A stretch of 64,000 nucleotides of DNA, taken from Azolla caroliniana. Taxonomy: Eukaryota; Plantae; Polypodiophyta. Below are positions 50,914 to 64,000 of the stretch, one piece after another. The translations under genes were made by a program, and so were the position numbers. Within the stretch, counting starts at the first letter, position 1. Every line of letters begins with the position of its first letter. The stretch lies in contig JBHGNT010000021.1 of the NCBI GenBank assembly GCA_043228905.1, positions 4,340,001 to 4,404,000 of the forward strand. Direction: 5' to 3'. The notes below the pieces were generated by a model. The model was given only the letters and a program-made list of their open reading frames with translations, was not told the origin of the DNA and made no database searches.

Positions 50914-52059
50914 TCAATACACATATAATCAAGAATACAAGAGAGAATGAGAAGAATAATCCTATCAATCAAATACTAATGATAAGCGGTAAGTCTTTGG
51001 ATCAAGAAAAGAATCGTTTAAGGATGAGAGACGACTATCTCCTAGTGAAGGATGAGAGACGAATATAAAATACCATATGTGTCTTATACCATCAAATATT
51101 ACCTCATGTTATACATCAGATGTTGGAGTCTTGACAATGTCTCGAGATCCCCTTTATATAGCCCAACACCGAAGGCTCCCAGATTACCTCCTATCCCCAT
51201 GTGTCATATAGCCTTATGGTTTTGTCCTAAGTTTTGGGCTAACTATTTTTGCAAATATCGTAGACTTCAACGATTAAAGTTAGCTTTTGAATTGGTACTT
51301 AAGGCTATGCCTATAGCATACGCCCTATTTTGAAAACATGGCATTCTTACAATGACAAAGCAAAATCAAGAAGGTTATATGTAAAAATGTGCTCCTTCTC
51401 CCAAGTGGCATCACGCATAAGTTGATCCAACCATTTATTTTTGAATTCTTAGTAGATCTCAAATTCTTAGTTTGAGCATCCATAATATTTTTTAGCAAAT
51501 GAGGTTTAGAAGATATGTTCTTGTGAATTTCTAGATGGTTTATGATGATTGTTTTGACATCAATGAATTGGTAACTCGCAAAATTATAATAGCTCATCAA
51601 TGGCTTTGTAAGTCAATCCACGAGTTCTTCCTTGGTTTTAGTTGGTATAAATTGGGCTAAATTTGTTAGTCAATTGGCTATGACCCACATAGAGTCATGA
51701 CCTCTTTGTGTTTGGGACAAACTAGCAATAGAATCAATACAGTTGGAAGGAACTTCAAACACAGTGGAAGTTGCGAGACTTTCCTTTCAACAATCATGGT
51801 CAATTTCATCCTTGGTGGATTATGTAGATGGTGTGCCAAAATGGTGTTACACCACGCCAAAATTGTTATTTCCACCTTGGCAACCCAACCAGGAAGGTAC
51901 ATGATAAACACATATTGGGGTAATGTGGTTGAATGCATATGATGGCATTTCTGTTGTACATATTGGTGTAAAGACATTCTACCTAACTAATGGGGAGTAT
52001 CTTTAAAAAAAGAACAATGGAATAAATCCATATACTTTCCCATTTATTCTTAGGAATAT

Positions 52060-52570
52060 ATAGAAGAGACCCTCGCAGGTAAACGAACCCCACCGGCTGA
52101 GAATTTAATGATGATCTGGTTTAATCTTATTTCTACGTTGCGAGGTGAGTTTGAAAGTCTTCAAGGGCCATCAGATGCAAGTGAAGAAGCTAGAGCTCGA
52201 TTCCTTCGGAAATGGAGCGGTTCATCGATGCTGCAGATAATGGATGGTAAAGTGAAGTGGAATTATCAACCACCGCGGTGGTTGTTCCCTCCAAGTGTTC
52301 CTAACATCTAGATGGGTGCTGCCATGAGGAGCGAATGGAGGACATCTATGCTGAATTCTGTTTTGTATGAGGCTCACGTGGAGAATATGTGTTCGAGTAA
52401 TGCTATACACATAGAATGATGTGGTGTTTTGGAGTTGTTTTTTTATGTTGTTTCATCTACACATTGTTTTCCTTTGACATGCAAGATGTCTTGTAAGATA
52501 TGAGTTGTAAATGATTCCTTTGTACATTCTTAACTAATGGAAGTAGATGTTTTTGGGAAAAAAAAAAAAG
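52060..52570 (+). mobile_element. 5'-truncated L1-like LINE 3' end
   Basis: IWFNLISTLRGEFESLQG...WNYQPPRWLF is similar to the ORF2 C-terminus of the full-length LINE (IWSEIVVTLKSQYDGLKG...WNY). Ends in an A13 run. Confidence 0.75.
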
Positions 52571-53299
52571 GCTTGTAGCTTTAAGCCACTCAATCTTATT
52601 CACTTGACATTGCAAACATTTATCACATAAATTTGCATGTCATGGCATAAATTAGGCACTGAAAAAATACCAATGCTAGGTTATGAGAATGAGTGTTTGA
52701 TTTATTCTAGGGTACACAATTGAGGGTGTATAATGTTGTTGAATATTAATGTATGTTATAACTTGGAAGTTGATACAAATATATGCGAAAGATGACAATA
52801 TTGCATCACAACAGAGGCTTGACAACATCTCAATATGTCATAATGAAGGGGTAGGTAGTTCCAATTATATGTCCCAACATCTAAGGTTCTTAGACTATAA
52901 TGTGTACCTTATGGGTTTGTCTCAAGGTCCTACGATGACTAGTAGTTTCCAATCTATCCCACTCTTAAATCCATTCAAATTAGCTTTACAATTAATCATT
53001 AAGGGCATGCCTATAACAAATACAAATAATTTGTATTAATGCTTGGAAGGCCAATGCCGCATATAAGATAAAATATATATAACAAACAATATGAAGCCAG
53101 TGTTTGAGAAATGAAAATTAACAAACACTAATGTAGACATGAAAAGGCTTCCAAAATCACATGAGATGCTTTATCTTGATGATGCTAGCCATCCCTAGCC
53201 ATAAGTTATTGAACTATCAATGCAAAACTTTGATGTTTCCCAATTATGGCTCATTATTCTCCCATTTGGCATATGGTATCTTGTAGCAATCATGTTTTA

Positions 53300-53364
<65 letters not shown>

Positions 53365-54706
53365 TCGGGTAATAAGATCATTTGCCTCTCTTATATGTAG
53401 TTTATTTAGGCTCAAAGTGAGTGGGTGGGTGAGTGTGTGTCTCTCACATACAAACCTTTTTCATTTTTCTAATCTCTTTTATAGGAATACTACTTTTGCC
53501 AAGCATATGAATGCAACTTGTAAGTAAATGAGAATTCATTTCTAATTTTTGCAACACATAAAGGAAATGTACCAAAATTTCCTCGAAAAACAAAAATAAG
53601 TTTGGCTTATTATTCTTGGAAGCATATTGGACTTGTCATACTACTAACTCGTGCATTAGGCTCATGAATTGCACTAGTTATTGGACAAAGATGTGCAATA
53701 TAGAGAGGGCTTGAATGTGTGACCTTGTAGTTTCACTGGACAACCTTATAAGCTATAAGCTACATCTGTATGGTTCTGTCATCAAGTGTTATATCACACC
53801 AAATACACTAATTTATAAATGTCTCACATAATCTCTTTTAATGGGTTCACCCTCATGATATGCGCATAAGGTTCAAATCAATCTTTTTATCCTTTTGTGT
53901 CATTATATATAGACTATCCTAAATTGTGAGCCACATTTGTATATCACAACAAATGACATCATGATCTCCAAAAAGTTGTCATGACAACACAACTACGCCC
54001 TGATTGTATCTCCGTATTCAATATACTATACAAAACTAAAAAAATTACTACACATACAAAAGAGAATATGAAGATATAGTAGGGTGCTAATAAGAAGTCA
54101 GGTTCATCATTGGAAACAAGAGCCTCATGGGTTATGATGTTGAATTGCCAGTGAAGAAAACCTCTTAAACAATCAATTTGATTTTGTATTCTGTTATGAG
54201 AATCAAGGATGATCATTGGGTGGATAGGCCAATCAAGCTACCAACCCAAAAATGCTAGATGTGGAAGACAATCATCACATGCACTTGCACAAAAAGTCTC
54301 CTAGTTTCGGTTCACCAAGAAACTAATCACATGGATACATGATTTCCCCAACAAAAGAACACCACACCCTATGTATTAGACACAATATGCATCATGTTAT
54401 TTAACAAGATAAAAGATATGTGATAACAAAGTCTCCTCAATTGTAGTACAAAATAAGCAAGATACATTTGGAATGTTTTGTTTTGAAAGGGGAGAAGCAA
54501 GTGGGACCCCACCTAACAACACATGCCAAACAATTTACTCTACATTTGAAGAGTTTTTTTATTAAGTCAACGCACAATTATAATGAATTGACAACATCCT
54601 CAACCTTTATGGAGGGAGACCTCAAAGAAACTTGTCCTTGAATTTTTACCATGGTTTGGTAATCAATGTGCAAATGATATATTTTATTGGTGGGTGCACA
54701 CTCTAG

Positions 54707-54892
54707 GTTTAGGCTATCATTAGTTTTTCAATCTTGCCAAAGGCTATCCAAAGGTAGACAAGGAAAGGTTTGTCGTGTACACAATGTTTATGAAATGATC
54801 GTTTTAGGCTATCATTAGTTTTTCAATCTTGCCAATAGGCTATCCAAGTGTAGGCAATAAACAATTGTCATGTACACAATGTATCTAAAATG
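54707..54892. repeat. diverged tandem duplication, about 94-bp unit
   Basis: TTTAGGCTATCATTAGTTTTTCAATCTTGCCAA begins both units, near 54708 and 54803. Confidence 0.8.
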
Positions 54893-56231
54893 GTAGGCGA
54901 TAAATTGAAGTGCTTTAAGCACACTAAGCTTTAGACACAATGATTGAAATGCCATTAAAGTAGAGCATGGAACCTAAAGTGCAACAACAATGAGATCGCA
55001 TCTTGCAATCCTATTAACTTTGTGGTCCCTCTCTCATTCTTTGTCATCTCACAAAACTCCTCTATAGTGTGAAGTGTTGGCCCCCATCAAGAATAGACTC
55101 TCACGACCCACTTAGATCCATGTGATCCCTTTTATTTTCCTCACACTCTCGATGGAACGCCATGGAATGGAGCTCATCTCTTCCTTGACGTGGACGTGAT
55201 GGTTTACGAAGAAGCATTGTGTGGCTTCCATGCACATGGACTTGGAATACTTCTATGAATCCATGGAGTTCTGCGTCCACGTCGATATCGTTGGCCAAAG
55301 GATCTGGACCTTTATTTATTGTAATGGTAGCGAATTGGGTGAGAGTGGTTGTCATTCGCCCTCAAGTGTCTATTCTCACAACCTTAGTATAACTGGCACT
55401 CACACTGACTCACTATCTCATGTTAACTCTCTCTTAATAGAAGATCATCACTAAACACACATATAGATACAAAGAATACAAGGGTAAGGTAAACATCATT
55501 TCTATTATTAGAATGTATACAACACACATACAAGGGGTAGAGTGATCAGGGTTTGGGCCAATTAGCTCTTGGCCTTAATCGCGCTTTGGGTCAAGTGAAT
55601 GATTGAGAGGAAAGAGTTAGAGTTCTAGTACAACTCTATGAAAGGAGAAAATTCAAGAAGGAAAAAGAGCTACCATATAGCTTTTTCAACGAGGCTGGGC
55701 CCCCCATTCACATTAGGGTGACCATTTTGGTTACAAGTTCTAAAGTAAGATTTCTTCCACCCCCTTTTTATAGTGTCCTCTCGAGCTGTCCGTATATTCA
55801 TGGGTGCCGATGTCTTTGTGGTTCTTGTCCCGGATGGCGGGTACATAACAAGCATCGGGGGGAGTCAATAACAGGAAAGGGAGGAGATGACACATCGGGA
55901 ACCCACCGTTCGGAAATTCGTTAAAAATTCTCTCTTGCTCTCTACTATTCTGTCTTTGTCTGTATGTCTGTCTAGACTCTCTCGCCCACTATTAGCGGGC
56001 AGCAATGTTATGAAGTTCTCTGTTTACATATCAATATAAGTTATAACAACACACACACACACAATGCATAACGAGAATAAATAGATAAGACATGATGGCA
56101 TAGGCATTAGGGGTATTTTGGGAATTTCGGAAAACGGGATAAAGAATGGATTACAGATTGGAGTAAAATTATGAGAGTAAAAAATGGCAGGGAGGTGAGG
56201 GGGCCTTCTCCTTCTGTGAGGAGCGAGAGCC

Positions 56232-59200
56232 ATGGCAGCAGAAGAAGACGCAGGAGCAGCAGCAGCGGGAAAGCTTCCTGCCTCCATGCCATCATCACAC
56301 ATCGATCCCGTCTCTTCTTCTTCTTCCTCTTCTTCTTCCGCAGAAGAAACGGTGCCGTTCCTTCACCCGTTCCCTACCATTATTAGTCCCATCGACAGAG
56401 ATCGGATCGATCTTGAAGCTGGCCCAGGCGAGCAGCCCCAGTGCAGGATTTGTCTCGAATCGGACGGTTAGCAATTACTGCCTTTCTGTTTTCTATCTTG
56501 CCCGCCCCCGTTCTTTCAAATCTAGCATATCCCATCATCCGTACACGTCTTCCAAGGTTCCTTGTCGAGTTAAAGAAGGAAAGGATTCCGATCTCTAGGG
56601 TTTTAACATTGTAAAACACAGTTTTTTTTTTCTTCCTTCGATAAACTATATACATATTTTATGGATCAGATGCATATTTACATACATAGTTATGATGGCC
56701 AAAGAAGCAATAGAAAATTTTCTCTAATGAAGAACATAGATATGTAGCAAACAAGTAATTCATGTATTTTTATTGATCATATCTTCTTATGTTTGTGATG
56801 GGGAAAGGAATAGGGGAGATGATCTATGAATCAGGAACAAAAATCTTCCACGAGGAAAACTCAACACTGAGAATGAAAATCTTTAACAAAAGGAAGAATT
56901 AATGTGTGAGAGAAAGAGAGATGATGACAATGAGAGGGGTAGATTTTATTATTATTCTCGGAGGTCAAACATGAGCTATTGTACCAAAAATGAAATATTT
57001 TCACATAATATGTGGAATGAGTAGTGACTTCCGGTGTTCTAGAGTTTTACTAATGAACTTTTCAATCGAGAATATGTATTTCAGGAAGAGACTTCATTGC
57101 AGGAAGAATTTTACAAATGAACTTTTACTAATATGTATTTCAGGAAGAGACTTCATTGCACCGTGCAAATGTAAAGGTTCTGCAAAGTATGTCCATCGGG
57201 AATGTTTGGACCACTGGAGATCTGTGAAGGTTAAAATTCTGTGATCAAAATGAACTTCTACATTTGTATATCCCTTATACTTATGGGTTTACGTTTCTGC
57301 TTCCAGGAAGGTTTTGCATTCTCTCACTGTACTACATGCAAAGCCCTTTACCATTTAAGAGTTCAAGTACCAGCAGACAGAAAGTGGAGGACGTTGAAAT
57401 TTCGGTTTTTTGTGACGAGAGATGTTATCTCTATCTTTCTCATGGTTCAACTGGTATGATTATGTCCATATAAGCTCTGCTGGCTTAAACATGATTAGGC
57501 TGGGTATAACACGTAAATGTATGGTACTCATTTTTCATCATATGTTAGGAAATCATTTGCATTTGTTCTATGACAATCAATGATTGTTTGCAAACTTTGG
57601 TGTATAGAACTATGTTTTGATACTATTATTAGTGAGCTAAACTCCAAGCAGCTAAGAAAAAGAGAATAATCTTAAGAAAAGGTTTTCTAGGGTTGGAAAT
57701 CAAAGTTAACCGAGTCTTTAATTTTCCAAGGATTATTCAAAGAGGTCAAGATTGCCGGTCAGGATTTGAATAAATATTGGGAAACCGAGGACTGCATTTG
57801 AGAAAGGCTTTAGAGAAAGAGCTTTAGAATCTCTATCTTCACAATTTTTACAGGATGCTGTGCATGAATGCATCCCAATGCAAAGTTAAACAAAGTTGCG
57901 ACTCAGAAATCAGTGAAGATAAAAAAGTGGGCTAGATTCCAATAAGAAAGATTTAAGTGTAGTTACTGCCAAAAAAACTCACTTGACCTAAGATACCCAT
58001 GTATGAAAGCCACTTACTATGTTATCATATAGAGAGGCCAGGGTAACTACTGAGGCGCTCTTTTGTGAGATGATAGGAATTTCAGTTTAAAATCATGAAA
58101 AGTAATTGTTAAGGTAAGTGAAGATATTGAAGGGTGAATTGGAAGAGAAATTGTAAGATATGCAGCAGGGTGCATGGAGTTCCTGGGCTGAATAAAATGC
58201 AATCTTGGAGAATGCAGAAAGGTTAAGAAATCAATAACGAAGAAACCAAATTTACCAATAATAATGTAGCATCGTAAGCCATATGCGTGCCACATCTGCT
58301 GTTAACTGGATCTACTTGCTAAAATATCAGGACAGCCTGACTTGAATGCTCAATCCTTGGTTGAGCTGAAGGCTGAAGTTTTAATTTATGAATTCATATT
58401 CAATAGAGTAGTGGGGATACATTTTATGATCACCCAACAGTATGTTTTGGTTGGGAATATGGGGAAAATCTGGAATTGCAGGCTGGAAAAGAACATGTTA
58501 ACTTTACAGCAGAGCATGAGTTTTTTTCAAGAGGTCATTTAAGGATTTGATTATCATGAGTGGCAGTTTAGACTTTTGTGATAATTTTTTTGTATTGATC
58601 GATATTAAAAGTTGTCAGTGGAGCACTGAAGGTATTGTGCCTTGTATTTCATCTCTATACTCATTAATTCAATGTTTATGCAGATTATTGTCTCTTTAGC
58701 ATATTCTGTTTATTGCATTGATCATCATCAAAAGGATTGGCTAAGATTATTATGGGGTTTCCAGAGTCCCTTTCGATTCTACTACATCTGTGGTATGATC
58801 AAGTATAGGATTTATGAAATGACATGAAATCATCTTTCCTCTGTAGGCATAAGTCAAGAAATTGACAATGAATAAAAAATGATTCTTGTATATTGGCTTC
58901 TTTTACAGGTTCCCTTCTGTTTTTTGCTTTGCTTGGTTTATCTGGCTGCCTAATAACATGCTATGATCGACGAGTGAGGAATGACTTGGCACAACCATGC
59001 CGAGAACTTTGTGTCTGCTGCTGTCATTCAGGGTTTTGCTCTACCCCCTATCTCTTTATAATGAACGAGAAAGGGGAAGTCACGGTTACATTTAATAATT
59101 GCAAATATTAACATGTAACATATAAAAAATAATTCAGTACAGAACATAATGTAAATTGTCTAAGTGTTTGTAAAATAGCCATTTCCGTTTGTGATTATGG

Positions 59201-60165
59201 TTATAACAATTAACATCTTTATGTGGTCTTCAGAAGGTGCAAATTACTTATATCCTATTCCGTCTTTTCCTTGTGATAGTGTTTGTGCAGATTGTCATAT
59301 TTCGGGAACTTTCTGTATGTGGGCAGATTGCTCAGCGTGTATTGAAGGATGTGCTGGAACAGCAGGGGAATGCACTACTTGTCTTGGCGGTGCAGGAGAA
59401 GCTGGGGCCCCAGTAATAGTGATTATTGGCCTTGTTGCTCTTGCACTCTTCACTGTTGTGGGGATCTTTTATAGTGTTCTTGTTGCAACCATGGTGGGGC
59501 AAAGGATATGGCAGCGACATTACCATATCCTTGCTAAACGAATGCTTACAAAGGTAAAAGATACTCTTGACTGTTTTGTTGCTTTCTTTCTATTTGTTGG
59601 ATCACATGATACATCAAGGCCTAAATGGTATTTGAGAAAGTTAATCAGAAGTAGATGTTTAATGTAATTTCGTTAAGGGTCTTTTCTTCTCAGTTTGTCC
59701 CTAATCTTACATGTACCCAAAGTGTTACTAGCTAGGTCACATAAATCAGGGCCAAAATGAAATAATAGGCTTCCATATTTGAGATATATAATAAAAAACA
59801 GAGATTTACTCCAATTTGTAAAGTTTGTTTTCTTTTTTCTTTTTGAAGCTAATGTTAAGAGGCCCACACAATATGATAGGTCACAGTAACTAGGGGTGGA
59901 ACCAAAATAAGGGCATTTTCTAAGTGATAGTTAATTAAAATTAGTGGTTTTTGTACTTTGGCCCTAATTATGGCTGTAATACATGTGTTGCTTTATGCAT
60001 AGCACATCCATTGGATGGGTTCAATGAAAACGTTTTTATAAATGATGATGATATCAGGAGTATGTTGTAGAGGATTTAGATGGTGAATCAATGGGTCCAG
60101 ATTGGGTGCCTCCACCGCTTCATCCTGACCATGTACAGCAGTTAAAATCATTGGGACTCATATAA
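56232..60165 (+). CDS. RING-CH (RINGv) zinc-finger membrane protein, probable E3 ligase; 7 coding exons: 56232-56466, 57144-57229, 57307-57453, 58684-58792, 58909-59032, 59280-59553, 60058-60165
   Basis: Spliced frame reads CRICLESDG|RDFIAPCKCKGSAKYVHRECLDHWRSVK|EGFAFSHCTTCK (C4HC3), then TM segments, a Cys-rich loop and QRHYHILAKRMLTK|EYVVEDLDG. All introns are GT-AG with consistent phase. Confidence 0.93.
57071..57160 (+). repeat. 31-bp direct repeat spanning the intron 1/exon 2 boundary
   Basis: AATATGTATTTCAGGAAGAGACTTCATTGCA at 57071-57101 and 57130-57160. Confidence 0.92.
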
Positions 60166-61957
60166 AGATCATAAACCCCGACCCCATCAAGATTAATTTT
60201 GTAAGGGGAGTTGACATATAAAACAACTTATGTTCCCAACATTGTGAGGATGCATATCAGCCTTTACGTATCTCTCGTGGGAGTGCAACTGTATAATGAA
60301 AGGGTTCAATATCCAGTGTGTGGACATGAAGTTTTTGGCCCTTGGTTTTATACTATGATTGACATACAGCCATTATAAATTGTGGGGTCAAAATTTCTGG
60401 TTTCTTCAGTAAGTGGCAATAATTTACAGTTCAAAAGCTCAGATCTATCAATGTTTTTGTATATCCTCATTGATTAATAGTGGTTAAAAAATATAAATAT
60501 AAGGCATGCACAAATAAACATACTGTATTTCAATGTATGGCATGAGCTGAGGTGTAAAGCTCCAATGCCTTGAATATGTATGTATGGGACCTATAGAGAC
60601 TGACCTGTTCTTCAACAGTGAATAGAACTCAAACCTCCTCTGTAAGTTTCAGAATTGTCGAGAAGATAAGGTTAAAATGTCGAGAAAATCGTCACTGTCA
60701 ACAATTATTGCTGATATTCATCATTAATACATTTATAATAACTTGACATGGAAAGGCTGGTCAGTAGTTAGAAAATGTTCTCGTGACATGGAAAGACATG
60801 TACAGTTCTTGTGACAAAGATGAAAGATGAGAATAATGTAAATTACATTACCATTTAAGTCATAATGTTGGTTTTATTCTTACTGATGATGAGATGAATG
60901 ATGCTGCTCACAGAACCATACAGGTTGTTGCATAATGTATAGTAATGTGGGCATGTTTATGTCAATTTATAACATTATGCGTAGAATCTTGTTTACATGA
61001 CAGGAAAAAAAAGAATGCAGAATGAGTCTAGTTAAGAATTGAATATTATTTTGTAAATGTAAATTATTATGCTCATTGATTACAAGAAATCTTAGAGCAT
61101 GAACTCTGAAGACTAGGTGTTCTTGGTTCAAGCCCCAATTGTCGTTGCTGAAGGTGGCTAATTTGCTCATGCTCCAACATGTGCGTTTTTCGAAGATGTT
61201 GGGTCTGGGCTAACAATGGATCACAACTCCACTAGTGATGGTATTCATGAAGCTCTTTGTTCAAAAAGGCATGTGTGTAGTCAAAATACAGGGCAAAAAG
61301 CAAAGATAATCTAGAAAGTATATCAAAATAACACTACAATTACCAAAATCTCCTTGGACATTGCACTCTTTCTGTGTTAGGCTTTACCCTAGTGGTTACC
61401 CTAAGTTTTTACCAACTTATGCATAGAGTCTGTGTGTGTTTTACTTCAATCTTTTCACCTTGCTCTCTTCTATCGTCGGAAACAACAAGCTTTATTATTA
61501 ATTTAGTTTTTACTTCTACCTTTATTTTTACATTTAAAAATCCCCAAACCTACACGCTTGGTGGGACTGCTATGTAAAGATTGTTCATCACATGGTGCAT
61601 GTTGGGCCCCCTTCAATATTTTGTTTTTGTCTGCCTATCTCTAATAGTAATACCGTTGGTATTTCACTCAATTCATACGACCCTTGCTTGATCATTATTT
61701 ATCCCATTTACCATAGGTTTGTATTCTTTGCTCCTTTTGTTTTCTTGTTAGACATTATATAATATCTCACCTAGATTTAATTTCTTTCATATCATGGGTC
61801 ATTTTGGCCTTTCAAAGACATTAATATATATTTTCCTTTCATAGTAGAATCAACCAAAAAGGTATACAATATTCAATACAATATTATACTTTGGTTGTTT
61901 GTATTGCAAAAGTTTTTTACACCTTGAATTGCCCAAAGATTGGAGTGCAGCACCTAT

Positions 61958-62070
61958 TTTTTCATTGATTAGACACATATTGTAAGGTCTACTTGAACTA
62001 ATATTCATTATATAGTAACTATTATTTTCATTGATTAGACACATATTGCAAGGTTTACTTGGGACTAATA
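61958..62070. repeat. short diverged direct repeat, about 66-bp period
   Basis: TTTTCATTGATTAGACACATATTG...ACTAATA occurs twice. Confidence 0.75.
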
Positions 62071-63098
62071 TAGTCCATATTTCATTCATATAGTGAGATG
62101 GAACCGGGCTATGATGAAACACAAAAATGGGCACAATCTTGATTTTGATTCCCATAGCGGAGCACAAAAATAGAGAATGGTGCTATTACGAATTTAAGAT
62201 GTAAAACGTATATGAAGGTTTCTTAAAATACCAGCATGCAACAAACATGCAACGGGGTTGCTCATGCAACAAACTACAGCTGACAACAGAAAATTACACA
62301 ACATTGAGATTGATAAATCTTATTGCTAAGGCATGTTGTTTTCATTTGCTATTCCAAAGAAGAGAAAAAACTCAATATTCCCTGGATGGAGCTGTATGAC
62401 GTGAGAGTGTCACGTACGGTTGTTTGAGAAGGGTGCGGATACACATTTTGGGCTAAGGGCCAATTTATTTCATTGGAATTTGTAAATTAGGTTTCTACAT
62501 GCAATCTCTCCATGTTCTTTAAAGAATGTGCTTATTATAAGTGAACTCACCAAGTGGTCATAGCAACAATTGGGATGAGGTAAAAGAAAATCTCTTAGAA
62601 AAAACGATCTCATCTCACTTGGGGGCCACAACCAACTATAATCTAGTAGCATTATGAAAGAAACAGAAACTGTTGTAAAGTTTGAGCCTCATGTACCATA
62701 AATTTGCTATATAAAAGCAGAAATGGATAACACACAGATATGTAGTTTTCCCATAACAAAACGAGAATTTTGATTGATTGGATTCTCTAAACTTCCTTAA
62801 TTGTAATGAAGATCTAAATTCTTGAAGACAATGTTTCAGAAAACTTAAAAAATGATGCATTAAAATACATAAGGTGAGGTAAAATTGAGACCGATTTTCA
62901 AAATCTTTCAGCATAAGTCTATTCAATATCACTGGGGTAGAACAAACAGATTGTTAAAAATGTTAGTTGTTTTAAAGTACAGTGGGCAAATTCACTTGCT
63001 TGGGTCCATCAAAATTCTTATCGATGTTGATTTTGGCAAAACAAGATCATATCTTGACTCTGCCATTTCATTGTTTTTTACAATAGTTTTGATGAAAT

Positions 63099-64000
63099 TC
63101 AAAACACTTCTTGGTACGGTTGCTGTTCATATAAGGCATTATTTTCAACATATGCGTCATACCCTGATTCTAGCATCTCCACAACCTCATTCATTTTTAG
63201 AACACCGGCACTACAAAGGCTTTCAACCTCCCCTAAAACCATAACTTGGTTATCCAATGCTCTACTAGTAGAAACATCATCTGAATCAACTTCTAAGAAG
63301 AAGTGCCTTAAGTAGGTCAATAGCTTTGAAATCAATGTACCAAAATGCATCACACCAAGGCGTTGGTGGTTTTCTAGGTCCACATCTGTCAAGCTCCCTT
63401 CACTTGGGATCGAATCAACAACTATCATTGGCTCATGCTTCTCGTCAAGCAATATGCTTTCAGGTGTGGTCACAAACGTAAGATCTTGCTCATGAAGGTA
63501 CTGAAGACCACATGCTACCCCTAAAACTATCTTATAACAACTGGTTATATCCAATAATGGCTTTTCGAATGTATATGTCCCTTCTTCCAACAGTGCATCT
63601 AGTGACCCTTGAATTGACACCTTTTCGTCGTATACAAACCAACATTTGGGACCATTTAGTGAGACAGCTCGAAGGGAAATGATGTTCCCATGGCGAAGCT
63701 GGAGAAGTTGAGAGACTTTTGTCCACAATTGTCTCATGTTGGTGCTATCACGAGTGCTTTGGACTAGCACCCTGGTACCGTCAGAGAGCACACCATGGTA
63801 CATAGAAAACATTGTAATATTATTGGCCTTATTCGAAAACCTTGTAGTTGCTGCTGAGAGTTCTATATAGGAGATCATGGGAGCTGAAAGGGAATATTCC
63901 TTTAGCATGGCAGTGTCCAAGGATCGATCTGAAGCCCTTGTTTTCATTATCAACACTTTGAAAAGCCTCAAACTCATATTAATCATTGCAAATGAGGGAC
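63099..64000 (-). CDS. RLK/Pelle-type pseudokinase domain; the frame is open to the window edge, so the 5' end probably lies outside
   Basis: ISYIELSAATTRFS, YHGVLSDG, LRHGNII, GSLDALL, KIVLGVACGLQYLHE and SILLD match the receptor-like kinase scaffold, but GxGxxG, VAVK, HRD and DFG are absent. Confidence 0.8.
   Translation of the reverse strand, partial: PSFAMINMSLRLFKVLIMKTRASDRSLDTAMLKEYSLSAPMISYIELSAATTRFSNKANNITMFSMYHGVLSDGTRVLVQSTRDSTNMRQLWTKVSQLLQLRHGNIISLRAVSLNGPKCWFVYDEKVSIQGSLDALLEEGTYTFEKPLLDITSCYKIVLGVACGLQYLHEQDLTFVTTPESILLDEKHEPMIVVDSIPSEGSLTDVDLENHQRLGVMHFGTLISKLLTYLRHFFLEVDSDDVSTSRALDNQVMVLGEVESLCSAGVLKMNEVVEMLESGYDAYVENNALYEQQPYQEVF

Noticed and set aside
53303-53366. ORFs running through (CT)n/(GA)n tracts (also 9119-9319, 25917-26126, 37032-37327)
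   Set aside because: The SLSLSL translations are microsatellite artefacts.
55101-55454. Short ORFs upstream of the RINGv gene as a possible divergent gene or pseudogene
   Set aside because: No convincing domain, splice structure or consistent frame.

Overview
This is eukaryotic land-plant genomic DNA (spliceosomal GT-AG introns, plant gene families). The element and gene types suggest a seed-free plant, possibly a fern, but that is inference only. Bases 1-32.7 kb are a pile of decayed LTR retrotransposons. A GC-rich non-chromodomain Ty3/gypsy-type family is present as four copies. Copy A (1-5638, +) sits inside a Ty1/copia element. Copy B (13290-32706, -) contains copy C (16010-27942, -), which contains copy D (21215-26077, +). 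B also carries an AT-rich solo LTR E (30829-31587). The family shows several unusual traits. Target-site duplications are 4 bp and centred on CpG. The primer site matches tRNA-Trp. The protease is encoded in the gag ORF with a D-H-G active site. A conserved GGAUUUU-UAG slippery site and pseudoknot sit before pol. The RT motif is FLDD. A covarying stem-loop encloses the polypurine tract. Solo LTR E contains a tRNA-like Pol III cassette. The right half holds an intronless DUF761-type gene, two hAT-like MITEs, and a full-length decayed L1-like LINE with a 15-bp TSD and an inserted solo LTR. It also holds a 7-exon RING-CH/RINGv membrane E3-ligase-like gene with a duplicated splice acceptor, and the 3' part of a receptor-like pseudokinase. 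All coordinates and mismatch counts were read by eye.
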